This document shows, piece by piece, positions 9,991 to 17,884 of a stretch of DNA of 64,000 nucleotides (the stretch's first letter is position 1; every line of letters starts with the position of its first letter). The stretch comes from Nitriliruptoraceae bacterium. GTDB taxonomy: Bacteria > Actinomycetota > Nitriliruptoria > Nitriliruptorales > Nitriliruptoraceae. The stretch is taken from NCBI GenBank assembly GCA_020832455.1, contig JAFIEQ010000003.1, positions 1,393-65,392 of the forward strand, read 5' to 3'. The notes under the pieces are model-generated. The model had not been told where the DNA came from, ran no database searches, and saw only the letters and a list, made by a program, of their open reading frames with translations. The position numbers and the translations under genes were made by a program.

Positions 9991-10517
9991 CGCCCCACCA
10001 CCTCCAGCCGCCGATCGACGTCCTCGCCGAGCCGTGCCCGCAACCGCTGGACGCCCCGGTGCAGGTGGGTCTTGACCGACCCGGCGGAGACCTGCATCGC
10101 CTCGGCGACCTGCGCCTCCGACAGCCCGGCGAGGTAGCGCAGCGACACCGCCTCCCGCTGTCGACGCGGCAAGCGACGCAGCGCTGCAACCAGGGTCAGG
10201 CGCAGGACCACCACCTCGTCGGTGTGGTCGTCCACGGTGACCGTGTCCGGCTCCGTCGGTCGATCGCTCACCCGGCTGCCGCGTCGAGCGACGTCGATCG
10301 CCAGGTTGGTCGCGACCCGCACGACCCACCCCTCACGCCAGGGTCGGTCCCCGATCCGTGACCAGTGCGCGAAGGCGCGTGCCATGGCCTCCGCCGCGAC
10401 ATCCTCCGCGCTGGTCGGATCACCCAGGATCCGCCGCGCGACCAGGAAGGCACGCCGGAACAGCGGGTCGAAGGCGTCCTCGAACCCGTCGGGAGTCGGT
10501 GGCGGGGTCTGCATCAT
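9987..10517 (-). CDS. ECF-family RNA polymerase sigma factor (sigma-70 regions 2 and 4)
   Basis: FDPLFRRAFLVARRILGDPTSAEDVAAEAMARAFAHW (region 2) and LPRRQREAVSLRYLAGLSEAQVAEAMQVSAGSVKTHLHRGVQRLR (region 4 HTH). Start placed at the MMQTPPP ATG at 10517. Confidence 0.85.
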   Translation of the reverse strand: MMQTPPPTPDGFEDAFDPLFRRAFLVARRILGDPTSAEDVAAEAMARAFAHWSRIGDRPWREGWVVRVATNLAIDVARRGSRVSDRPTEPDTVTVDDHTDEVVVLRLTLVAALRRLPRRQREAVSLRYLAGLSEAQVAEAMQVSAGSVKTHLHRGVQRLRARLGEDVDRRLEVVGR

Positions 10518-10809
10518 GACCGGGAAACGCCCCGGAGCACGTTCCGGTTGACATGGATCACGGCGGCGGTCGCGATGGTCTCCACATCCCGCCCCGTCAG
10601 CCGGTGCGTCCGGCACGGCCCCGAGCACCTGCGGGGATCCCGGCCACCGATCGCATCCCCACGCTCCCCTCGAGCGATCCACGATGCGGCGGGCGGTGGT
10701 CGCCGGCGCACGCTCCGTCGCAGCACTGCACCACGCACGTCCGGAGGCGGCATGAGTAGCCGCCTACTCGGTTCGGTCCCCGCCGTTACTCAACGGACCC
10801 GCGGCGGGC

Positions 10810-11289
10810 TCAGCGCGTCAGCAGCTTGGCGTAGTACAGGGCACGCTCGTCGGTGTCGAGGTCGCCGGCCACGAACCCCTGCCGGGTGTAGAAGCGCTGC
10901 GCATCGACGTCGCCCTCGTCGACGTTGATCTCGACCAGTTCGACCGCTCGTGCACCAGCCGTCGTCAGGACGAGGTCCAGGACATCCGCGCCGATCCTTC
11001 GCCCCCGCAGCGCGGGTCGAACGTAGAGCTCGTCGAGCAACGCGACCGGCCCGTCGAACCACACGTTCGGTCGCAGCGTGACGAGCGCCACCCCCACCGC
11101 GGGACGACCGGCGAGGACCGCGAACGTGGACGCCCCGGCGAGCAGCGACCGCAACCGCGTCGCGAGCACGGCCACGCCGGGCGTCTCCGTGTCGAACTCG
11201 CGGTTGAAGTCGTCCAACAGCTCAGCGACCTCGACGGCGTCCTGCACCGTCGCGACCCGGGGTGGCCACCCACCCGACGTGCCCACCAT
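10810..11289 (-). CDS. GNAT-family N-acetyltransferase
   Basis: LDELYVRPALRGRRIGADVLDLV..ARAVELVEINVDEGDVDAQRFYTRQGF is a typical acetyl-CoA-binding GNAT core. Start chosen at MVGTSGG (11289). Confidence 0.75.
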   Translation of the reverse strand: MVGTSGGWPPRVATVQDAVEVAELLDDFNREFDTETPGVAVLATRLRSLLAGASTFAVLAGRPAVGVALVTLRPNVWFDGPVALLDELYVRPALRGRRIGADVLDLVLTTAGARAVELVEINVDEGDVDAQRFYTRQGFVAGDLDTDERALYYAKLLTR

Positions 11290-11438
11290 CCGACCTCCCG
11301 TACCCGGTCCGATCCGTGCCGGGGACCGCGCCCGCGACCTGCACCCTCGCGCTCGATCCGCGCTCCCGCAGGAGCATCCCACGCGGTGCCGCGCGGCGAC
11401 ACCGTCCGCCGGGGGGCGGACGGCCGTATCGTGCGCCG

Positions 11439-13475
11439 ATGCCGCGACCGGGCGGCGCCCTCGGAGGTGATCCCGTGGCGTTCGATCTCCCGACCCTGCC
11501 GCTGAGCGAGCCCGGCATCGTCTTCGCCGCACTGCTGGCCGCCGTGCTGTTGGCCCCGATGCTTGCCCGGCGTCTGCGGCTGCCCGAGGTCGTGGTGGTC
11601 CTGGTCGTCGGCTTCGCGATCGGGCCGACCGGGATCGGGCTGCTCGAACGCGTCGGGGTGGTGCAGAGCCTCGGCTACGCGGGCCTGCTGTACCTGATGT
11701 TCGTGGCCGGGCTCGAGCTCGACCTCGACGACTTCATCGAACACCGCACGGACTCCCTCGCCTTCGGCACGATGACGTTCGTCGTCCCCATGGTGCTGGG
11801 CACGGCCACCTCGCTGGCGCTGGGCTACGGCCCGCTCGCCTCGCTGCTGCTCGCCTCCTGCTGGGCCTCGCACACGCTGGTCACCTACCCGATCTTCCAG
11901 CGGGTGGGCACGGTCGGCAACCGTGCGGTCGCGACCTCCGTCGGCGCCACCATCATCACCGACACCGCCGCGCTGCTCGTGCTCGCGGTCGTCGCCCGGG
12001 CCCACCAGGGGGAGCTCTCCGCGGTCTTCTGGGCCACGCTGCTGCCGTCGCTGGCGATCGTCACGTCCGGGGTCGTGGCGGGCCTACCTCGACTCGCGCG
12101 GTGGTTCTTCTCCGGCTGGGGGCAGGACCGCTCGCTGCGGTTCCTGTTCGTGCTGGTCGCCCTGTTCACGACCGCGTCGCTGTTCGACGCGATCGGCATC
12201 GAAGCGATCGTCGGCGCCTTCCTCGCCGGGCTCGTCCTCAACCGCAGCGTCCCCAACAGCGGGGCGTTGATGGGACGTCTCACGTTCTTCGGCGAGACGT
12301 TCTTCATCCCGCTGTTCCTGGTCGCCACCGGCATGCTCATCGACCTGCAGGTGCTGCTGGAGCCACGCACCCTGCTCATCGGCGGCGCCTTCACGGCGGT
12401 GGCGCTCGTGGCGAAGCTGCTGGCTGCGCTCGGCGCGGGCCGACTGCTGGGCTACAACCGCCCGGAGATCGGGGCGATGTTCTCCCTGTCCGCCGCCCAG
12501 GCCGCCGCCACCCTGGCGGCCATCGTCGTCGGGCTCGAGATCGGCCTGCTGGACGAGAGCACCGTCAACGCCGTGATGATGGTCATCCTCATCACGTGTC
12601 TGGTGGCCCCCGCCGCGGCCAGCCGCTACGCGGCCGCACTGCCCCGTCCCCCGCGGACCCGGGATCTCGGCGACGTCGTGGTCGTGCCGGTGGCCAACCC
12701 CCGGTCGGTGCCGCACCTGATCGACATCGCCTCCCGCTTCGCGCGGGCGGATGGGGGGATCGTCGTCCCCGTCACCATCGCCGCTGCCGGCACCGGCGCC
12801 GAGGAGCTCCAGGCCGTCCGCGACCTCGACCTGGAGGTCATCGAGGTGGCGCACTCCGCCGGCGCGGAAGCCCGGACGGTGTTCCGCATCGACGCGACCG
12901 CGGCGACCGGCATCGCCCACACGGTGGTCGAACAGGAGGCGACCCTGCTCGTGCTGGGGTGGACCGGGACCACGGAGAGCAGAGGCGCCACGTTCGGCGC
13001 GGTCATCGACGACGTGCTGTCCCACACCAACCTGCCCACGCTGCTGTCCTACGACGGGGGCGAGCCGATCGGGCGGATCCTGATCATCGTCGACCGGTCC
13101 GTGACGACCCCGGCCGGTGGTCCCGCCGTGGAGCTGGCCCTCGAGGCCGCCAAGCTGCTGGCGCGGCCCCGCAACCTGCCCATCGAGGTCGTGGGGGACC
13201 GTGAGGATCAGCGGTCCACGGCGCGCATCGAACAGCAGCTCGGTCGTGAGGTACAGCACGACACCCGACGACGGGCCGCCACGGTGACCGACCACGCGCG
13301 CCCCAACGATCTGATCATCGTGCCGACGATCGGTGACGAGCCGAACCTGCGCTCGGTCGCGGCGCCGATCGCCGCGGCGGCCCCGCCCGGCGCGTCGCTG
13401 CTCATCGCGCTCGACACCTCGCCGATCACCCTCGATCACCCGTCCGACGCAGCCACCGGGGACCACGCCGACTGA
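11439..13475 (+). CDS. Cation:proton antiporter (CPA2/Kef-like) with a C-terminal tandem universal-stress-protein-like region
   Basis: About 400 aa of polytopic membrane domain (LPEVVVVLVVGFAIGPTGIGLL..), followed by two USP-like alpha/beta segments (VVVPVANPRSVPHLIDIA.., ILIIVDRSVTTPAG..). The start could instead be the GTG at 11475. Confidence 0.85.
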   Translation: MPRPGGALGGDPVAFDLPTLPLSEPGIVFAALLAAVLLAPMLARRLRLPEVVVVLVVGFAIGPTGIGLLERVGVVQSLGYAGLLYLMFVAGLELDLDDFIEHRTDSLAFGTMTFVVPMVLGTATSLALGYGPLASLLLASCWASHTLVTYPIFQRVGTVGNRAVATSVGATIITDTAALLVLAVVARAHQGELSAVFWATLLPSLAIVTSGVVAGLPRLARWFFSGWGQDRSLRFLFVLVALFTTASLFDAIGIEAIVGAFLAGLVLNRSVPNSGALMGRLTFFGETFFIPLFLVATGMLIDLQVLLEPRTLLIGGAFTAVALVAKLLAALGAGRLLGYNRPEIGAMFSLSAAQAAATLAAIVVGLEIGLLDESTVNAVMMVILITCLVAPAAASRYAAALPRPPRTRDLGDVVVVPVANPRSVPHLIDIASRFARADGGIVVPVTIAAAGTGAEELQAVRDLDLEVIEVAHSAGAEARTVFRIDATAATGIAHTVVEQEATLLVLGWTGTTESRGATFGAVIDDVLSHTNLPTLLSYDGGEPIGRILIIVDRSVTTPAGGPAVELALEAAKLLARPRNLPIEVVGDREDQRSTARIEQQLGREVQHDTRRRAATVTDHARPNDLIIVPTIGDEPNLRSVAAPIAAAAPPGASLLIALDTSPITLDHPSDAATGDHAD

Positions 13476-13573
13476 CGGACCGGCCCAACGGTCAGCGGGC
13501 AGCGTCGAGGTGCCGCCGTAGCCTGCCCGCTCCGCCACCACCGGACCCGCGCTGCGGGTGGAGCTCCCCCACC

Positions 13574-16297
13574 ATGGATCACGGCACCGCACACGCGCGC
13601 ACGCCCGCGGACGTCCTCGACGCCCTGGACACGACCGACGGCGGCCTGTCCGCCGACGACGCCAGGGCACGTCTCGAACGTGACGGCCCCAACGAGCTGC
13701 CCTCGTCCCCGCCCGATCCCGCCTGGCTGCGGCTCGCGCGGCACTTCAACGACGTGTTGATCTACGTCCTGCTGGCTGCGGCGGTGCTCAAGGCCGCGCT
13801 CGGCGAGTGGGTCGACTTCGGGGTGATCCTCACGGTCGCGGTGGTCAACGCCGTCATCGGGTTCGTCCAGGAGGGGCGCGCGGCCAAGGCCCTCGAGGGG
13901 TTGCGCGACATGCTCTCGCTCACGGCCGAGGCCCGACGGGACGGCGACTGGGTCGAGGTCGAGGCCGCCGAGCTGGTCGTCGGTGACGTGGTCCGGCTCC
14001 GTTCCGGTGACCGCATCCCGGCGGACCTGCGGTTGGTGGAGACCAACGAGCTGCGCGCCGAGGAGTCCGGGCTGACCGGGGAGTCCGAGCCGGTCGACAA
14101 GCGCGTCGACGCGGTCGACGACGACGCGGAGCTCGGTGACCGGGCCAGCATGGCCTACTCCGGCAGCCTCGTGGCCGCCGGTCGTGGGGTCGGGGTGGTG
14201 ACCGCCACCGGTGCCGACACCCAGATCGGGCGGATCAGCTCGATGATGGACGAGGCCGACGACCGGGCGACCCCGCTGGAGCGCCAGATCCAACGGTTCA
14301 GCATCCTGCTGTCGAAGATCATCCTCGCCACCGCGGTCTTCCTGATGGCCTTCGGGTGGACCGTGCACGACATGGAGATCGCGCTGCTGCTCACCGCCGC
14401 GGTCGCCTTCGCGGTCGCCGCGATCCCGGAGGGACTGCCGGCGGTGGTGACCATCACCCTGGCCCGAGGGGTGCGGCACATGGCACGCCGCAACGCGATC
14501 ACGCGCAGCCTGAACGCCGTGGAGACGCTCGGCTCGGTCACCGTGATCTGCTCGGACAAGACCGGGACCCTGACCCGCAACGAGATGACGGTGCAGCGGA
14601 TCGTCACCCCGGCGCGCCGTTACGAGGTCGAGGGCATCGGCTACGAGCCGCGCGGACAGGTCCGCACCGACGACCGGGACGCGGACCTCGGCGCCGACCC
14701 GGATCTCGAGGCGCTGGTCCGGGTCAACGCCGCGGCCAACGACGCCAGCCTCTCCGAGGAGGACGGCGCCTGGCAGCTGTTGGGCGAACCGACCGAGGGG
14801 GCGCTGGTCACCCTGGCGGCCAAGGTCGGGATCGACACCGACGGCATCACGCGGCGGGGGGTCGTGCCGTTCGAGTCGGAGCACAAGCTCATGGCCACCC
14901 TGGACGAGCTCGAGGACGGCAGCCGCTGGATCCACGTCAAGGGGGCGCCGGACCGGATCCTCGAGCGGTGCTCGGGCGAACTGCGTGGGGACGGGTCCAC
15001 CGGCGACCTCGACGTCGACACCTGGAGCGCCACCGTCGACGAACTCAGCGATCGCGGGTTGCGGGTCCTCGCCGCGGCCCAGCTCGCCGTCGACGGGGAC
15101 CGCGAGGAGCTGTCCCTCGACACGCTGCAGGACCTGGTGTTCGTCGGGGTGGTCGGGATCCTCGACCCGCCCCGTCCGGAGGCCACGGAGGCGGTCGCGG
15201 AGGCCAAGCGTGCCGGCATCCGCGTGAAGATGATCACCGGCGACCACGCCGGGACCGCCACCGCCATCGGACGGGAGATGGGCATCATCGATCCGGACGA
15301 CCCGGCCTCCGAGGGCCACGCCGATCGGGCCATCACGGGCCGCGAACTCGACGAGGTGGACGACGAGGAGCTGCGCGACATCGCCGACCGCTACGACACG
15401 TTCGCGCGGGTCAGCCCCGAGCACAAACTGCGCCTGGTACGGGCACTACAGGCCAGCGGCGAGGTGGTCGCCATGACCGGGGACGGTGTCAACGACGCCC
15501 CGGCGCTCCGTCAGGCCGACGTCGGCGTCGCGATGGGGATCAAGGGCACCGAGGCGACCAAGGAGGCCGCCTCCATCGTGCTGGCCGACGACAACTTCGC
15601 CACCATCGAGCGCGCCGTCGAGGAGGGCCGACGGACCTTCGACAACATCCAGAAGTCGATCGTGTTCCTGCTCCCGACGAACGGCGCGCAGTCGCTGGTG
15701 CTGTTGACCGCGGTCCTGTTCGGGCTGGCGCTCCCGCTCGAACCCGTCCAGATCCTGTGGGTCAACCTGATCGCCGCCATCACGCTGTCGTTGGCGCTCG
15801 CGTTCGAGCCGGCCGAGCCCGACATCATGCGCCGTCCACCTCGACCCCCGGACGCCGGGATGGTGGAGCGGTCCTCGATCGTGCTGATCGTGCTGGCGTC
15901 CCTGCTCATCGGTGGGGCGACCCTGGGCGTGTACGCCTTCGCCGGCACCCAGGACCTCGACGGAGCCCAGCAGCAGACCATCGCGGTCACCATGCTCGCC
16001 GTCGGCCAGATCGCCTACCTGTTCAACTGCCGCAACCTGCGCGGCACCAGCCTGCGACCCGACCGGCTGTTCAACAACCCGGTCGCCTGGCTCTCGGTGG
16101 GCGCGCTGCTGCTGTTGCAGGCGCTGTTCGTGTACGTCCCGGTGATGCACACCCTGTTCGGCTCGGCGCCCATCGGTGGGCGCGAGTGGGCGATCACCGC
16201 GGCGGCGGCCATCGCGATCCTGTTGGTCGTCGAGGTCGCGAAGTCCCTGCTCGTCCGTCGCGAGACGGCCGGGTCTCGTCCCACCGGTCCGGGCTGA
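13574..16297 (+). CDS. Cation-transporting P-type ATPase (type II, Ca2+/Mg2+-ATPase-like)
   Basis: Signature motifs CSDKTGTLT (phosphorylation site), TGES, MITGDH and MTGDGVNDAPAL, with 10-TM-type hydrophobic segments; 907 aa. Confidence 0.95.
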   Translation: MDHGTAHARTPADVLDALDTTDGGLSADDARARLERDGPNELPSSPPDPAWLRLARHFNDVLIYVLLAAAVLKAALGEWVDFGVILTVAVVNAVIGFVQEGRAAKALEGLRDMLSLTAEARRDGDWVEVEAAELVVGDVVRLRSGDRIPADLRLVETNELRAEESGLTGESEPVDKRVDAVDDDAELGDRASMAYSGSLVAAGRGVGVVTATGADTQIGRISSMMDEADDRATPLERQIQRFSILLSKIILATAVFLMAFGWTVHDMEIALLLTAAVAFAVAAIPEGLPAVVTITLARGVRHMARRNAITRSLNAVETLGSVTVICSDKTGTLTRNEMTVQRIVTPARRYEVEGIGYEPRGQVRTDDRDADLGADPDLEALVRVNAAANDASLSEEDGAWQLLGEPTEGALVTLAAKVGIDTDGITRRGVVPFESEHKLMATLDELEDGSRWIHVKGAPDRILERCSGELRGDGSTGDLDVDTWSATVDELSDRGLRVLAAAQLAVDGDREELSLDTLQDLVFVGVVGILDPPRPEATEAVAEAKRAGIRVKMITGDHAGTATAIGREMGIIDPDDPASEGHADRAITGRELDEVDDEELRDIADRYDTFARVSPEHKLRLVRALQASGEVVAMTGDGVNDAPALRQADVGVAMGIKGTEATKEAASIVLADDNFATIERAVEEGRRTFDNIQKSIVFLLPTNGAQSLVLLTAVLFGLALPLEPVQILWVNLIAAITLSLALAFEPAEPDIMRRPPRPPDAGMVERSSIVLIVLASLLIGGATLGVYAFAGTQDLDGAQQQTIAVTMLAVGQIAYLFNCRNLRGTSLRPDRLFNNPVAWLSVGALLLLQALFVYVPVMHTLFGSAPIGGREWAITAAAAIAILLVVEVAKSLLVRRETAGSRPTGPG

Positions 16298-16321
16298 GGG
16301 CGCTGCCGGGGCGCAGCGCCC
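16298..16321 (+). terminator. Candidate intrinsic terminator hairpin after the P-type ATPase gene
   Basis: Perfect 9-bp stem gggcgctgc / gcagcgccc with a 6-nt loop, starting 1 nt after the TGA. There is no U-tract, which is common in high-GC actinobacteria. Confidence 0.45.
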
Positions 16322-16466
16322 GGCCACGGGCACCCCACGGATGGGACCATCCCCCCCGCGGCGCGAGGACCTCGGTCCCTGTTGCACGCCCCGCGCGGCG
16401 CACAGACTGGTCGCGACGGTCGCGTCGCTGCCCGCGCGACGCGCGCACCGGTCCGGAGGGTCGTCC

Positions 16467-17141
16467 ATGTCCTCGTCCGCCGCCACCTCGCCACCATCCG
16501 CGCCGGTCCCGGGCGAGGCACCCGGACCCCGTCCACCCGATCCGCCGGGGTCAGCGGACGGACGCCCCCGCGCACTGGCGGTCGTCCTCCTCGTCGTGGG
16601 CGTGGCATGGCTGCTGGCCCTGACGGGTGTCGCCGTGCCTTGGTCGGTGGTCCTGCCGGGCGGGGTGCTGGCGATCGGGATCGCCGTGCTCGTCGGCGGC
16701 GAGCGGGTGACCCGACACGGTCTCGGGGGGCTCGGCATCGCGCTCGCCGCGATCGCGCTGCTGCTCCCCGCAGCGCCGTCCGGGATCAGCCCGGTCGCGG
16801 GCGAACGGACCGTGGTGGTCACCGACGACACGGCGCTGCAGGCGGGCTACGGGCTCGGGATGGGGACGATGGTCCTCGACCTGCGTGCGATCGATCTCGA
16901 GGAGGCGGTCACCGCGGTGGCCGCGACCGTCGGCCTGGGTGAGCTGACGGTGCTGGTCCCGGAGGGGGCCGCGGTCCGGGGCACCGCACAGGTGGGGGCC
17001 GGCGAGGCGGTCGCGTTCGGCGCGACCAGCGCCGGCATCGGACCCCGCCGATCGTTCGACACGGCCAGCGATGGTGACGAGGGCCCCGTGCTCGAACTGA
17101 CGCTGCGCGTCGGGCTCGGCCAGATCGAGGTGGACCGATGA
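16467..17141 (+). CDS. LiaF-like / DUF2154-type membrane protein (cell-wall-active antibiotic response family)
   Basis: N-terminal TM helices (ALAVVLLVVGVAWLLALTGV.., VLAIGIAVLVGG..). C-terminal beta-rich repeat pattern GLGELTVLVPEGAAV..LRVGLGQIEVDR. Confidence 0.65.
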   Translation: MSSSAATSPPSAPVPGEAPGPRPPDPPGSADGRPRALAVVLLVVGVAWLLALTGVAVPWSVVLPGGVLAIGIAVLVGGERVTRHGLGGLGIALAAIALLLPAAPSGISPVAGERTVVVTDDTALQAGYGLGMGTMVLDLRAIDLEEAVTAVAATVGLGELTVLVPEGAAVRGTAQVGAGEAVAFGATSAGIGPRRSFDTASDGDEGPVLELTLRVGLGQIEVDR

Positions 17142-17845
17142 ACACGCCGATGACCCGCTCCCGGTTGGTGCTCGGCACCACCCTGACGCTCCTCGGGGGA
17201 CTGCTCCTCGCCGATCAGGCCGGCCTCGTCGATGCCTGGGCCGTGCTGCGCGTCGGGTGGCCCAGCGTCATCCTGCTCGCCGGATCCGCCCAGGTGCTGA
17301 CCCGTCCCCGCAACCTCCTCGGCGCCGCCGTCACGGTCACCATCGGCACCGTGCTGCTGGCGTGGACGCTCGGCGGCATCGGCAGCCCGGTCGTGATCTG
17401 GCCGCTGCTGTTGATCGGCCTGGGGGCATGGCTGCTGTTCGGTCGAGGTCCACGGCCAACGGCCGCGCCCACCGGCGGCGGCAGTCGCGATGTCGTGGCC
17501 CTGTTCGACCGCCGCAGCCTGCGACCGACCGGGACGCTCACGGACGGCAGCGCGACGGCGGTGTTCGACGACGTCCGGCTGGATCTCACCGGGTGCGTGC
17601 TGGAACCCGACGGTGCCCGTTGGCAGCTCACCTCGGTCTTCGGTGACATCGACCTCGATCTGCCCGCCAACTGTCGGGTCGAGGTGACGGGTCCGGAACT
17701 GCTCGGCGACGTCCGGTGGCGTGGTCCCGTCGAGCCCGCATCCGACCCCGAGGCGCCCGTGCTGCGCCTGCGGGTGTGCACGGTCTTCGGGGACGTCGAT
17801 CTGGCGCCCACCGGTGTCACGACCACCGCAGGGGCCGCTGACTAG
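17138..17845 (+). CDS. LiaF-like / DUF2154-type membrane protein, second copy
   Basis: ATGA overlap with the previous gene. Four TM segments, then SVFGDIDLDLP..VEVTGPELLGDVRW..VCTVFGDVDLAP, typical of the LiaF C-terminal domain. Confidence 0.7.
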   Translation: MNTPMTRSRLVLGTTLTLLGGLLLADQAGLVDAWAVLRVGWPSVILLAGSAQVLTRPRNLLGAAVTVTIGTVLLAWTLGGIGSPVVIWPLLLIGLGAWLLFGRGPRPTAAPTGGGSRDVVALFDRRSLRPTGTLTDGSATAVFDDVRLDLTGCVLEPDGARWQLTSVFGDIDLDLPANCRVEVTGPELLGDVRWRGPVEPASDPEAPVLRLRVCTVFGDVDLAPTGVTTTAGAAD

Positions 17846-17884
17846 GGTCGGTGGCGACGACTGACGGCCGGTCCGGGAGCGCCC

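Noticed and set aside
10518-10560. GGAAC ... CGTT immediately upstream of the ECF sigma start, considered as an autoregulated ECF promoter.
   Set aside because: The spacer between GGAAC and CGTT is only 11 nt, whereas ECF promoters usually have about 16-17. The putative -10 would also sit about 10 nt from the ATG. I do not call it a promoter without transcription start data.
13436-15424. A 662-aa minus-strand ORF and several 400-750-aa alternative-frame ORFs across 12084..16831.
   Set aside because: They overlap the antiporter and P-type ATPase genes, which carry diagnostic motifs (DKTGTLT, GDGVNDAPAL). These are shadow frames.
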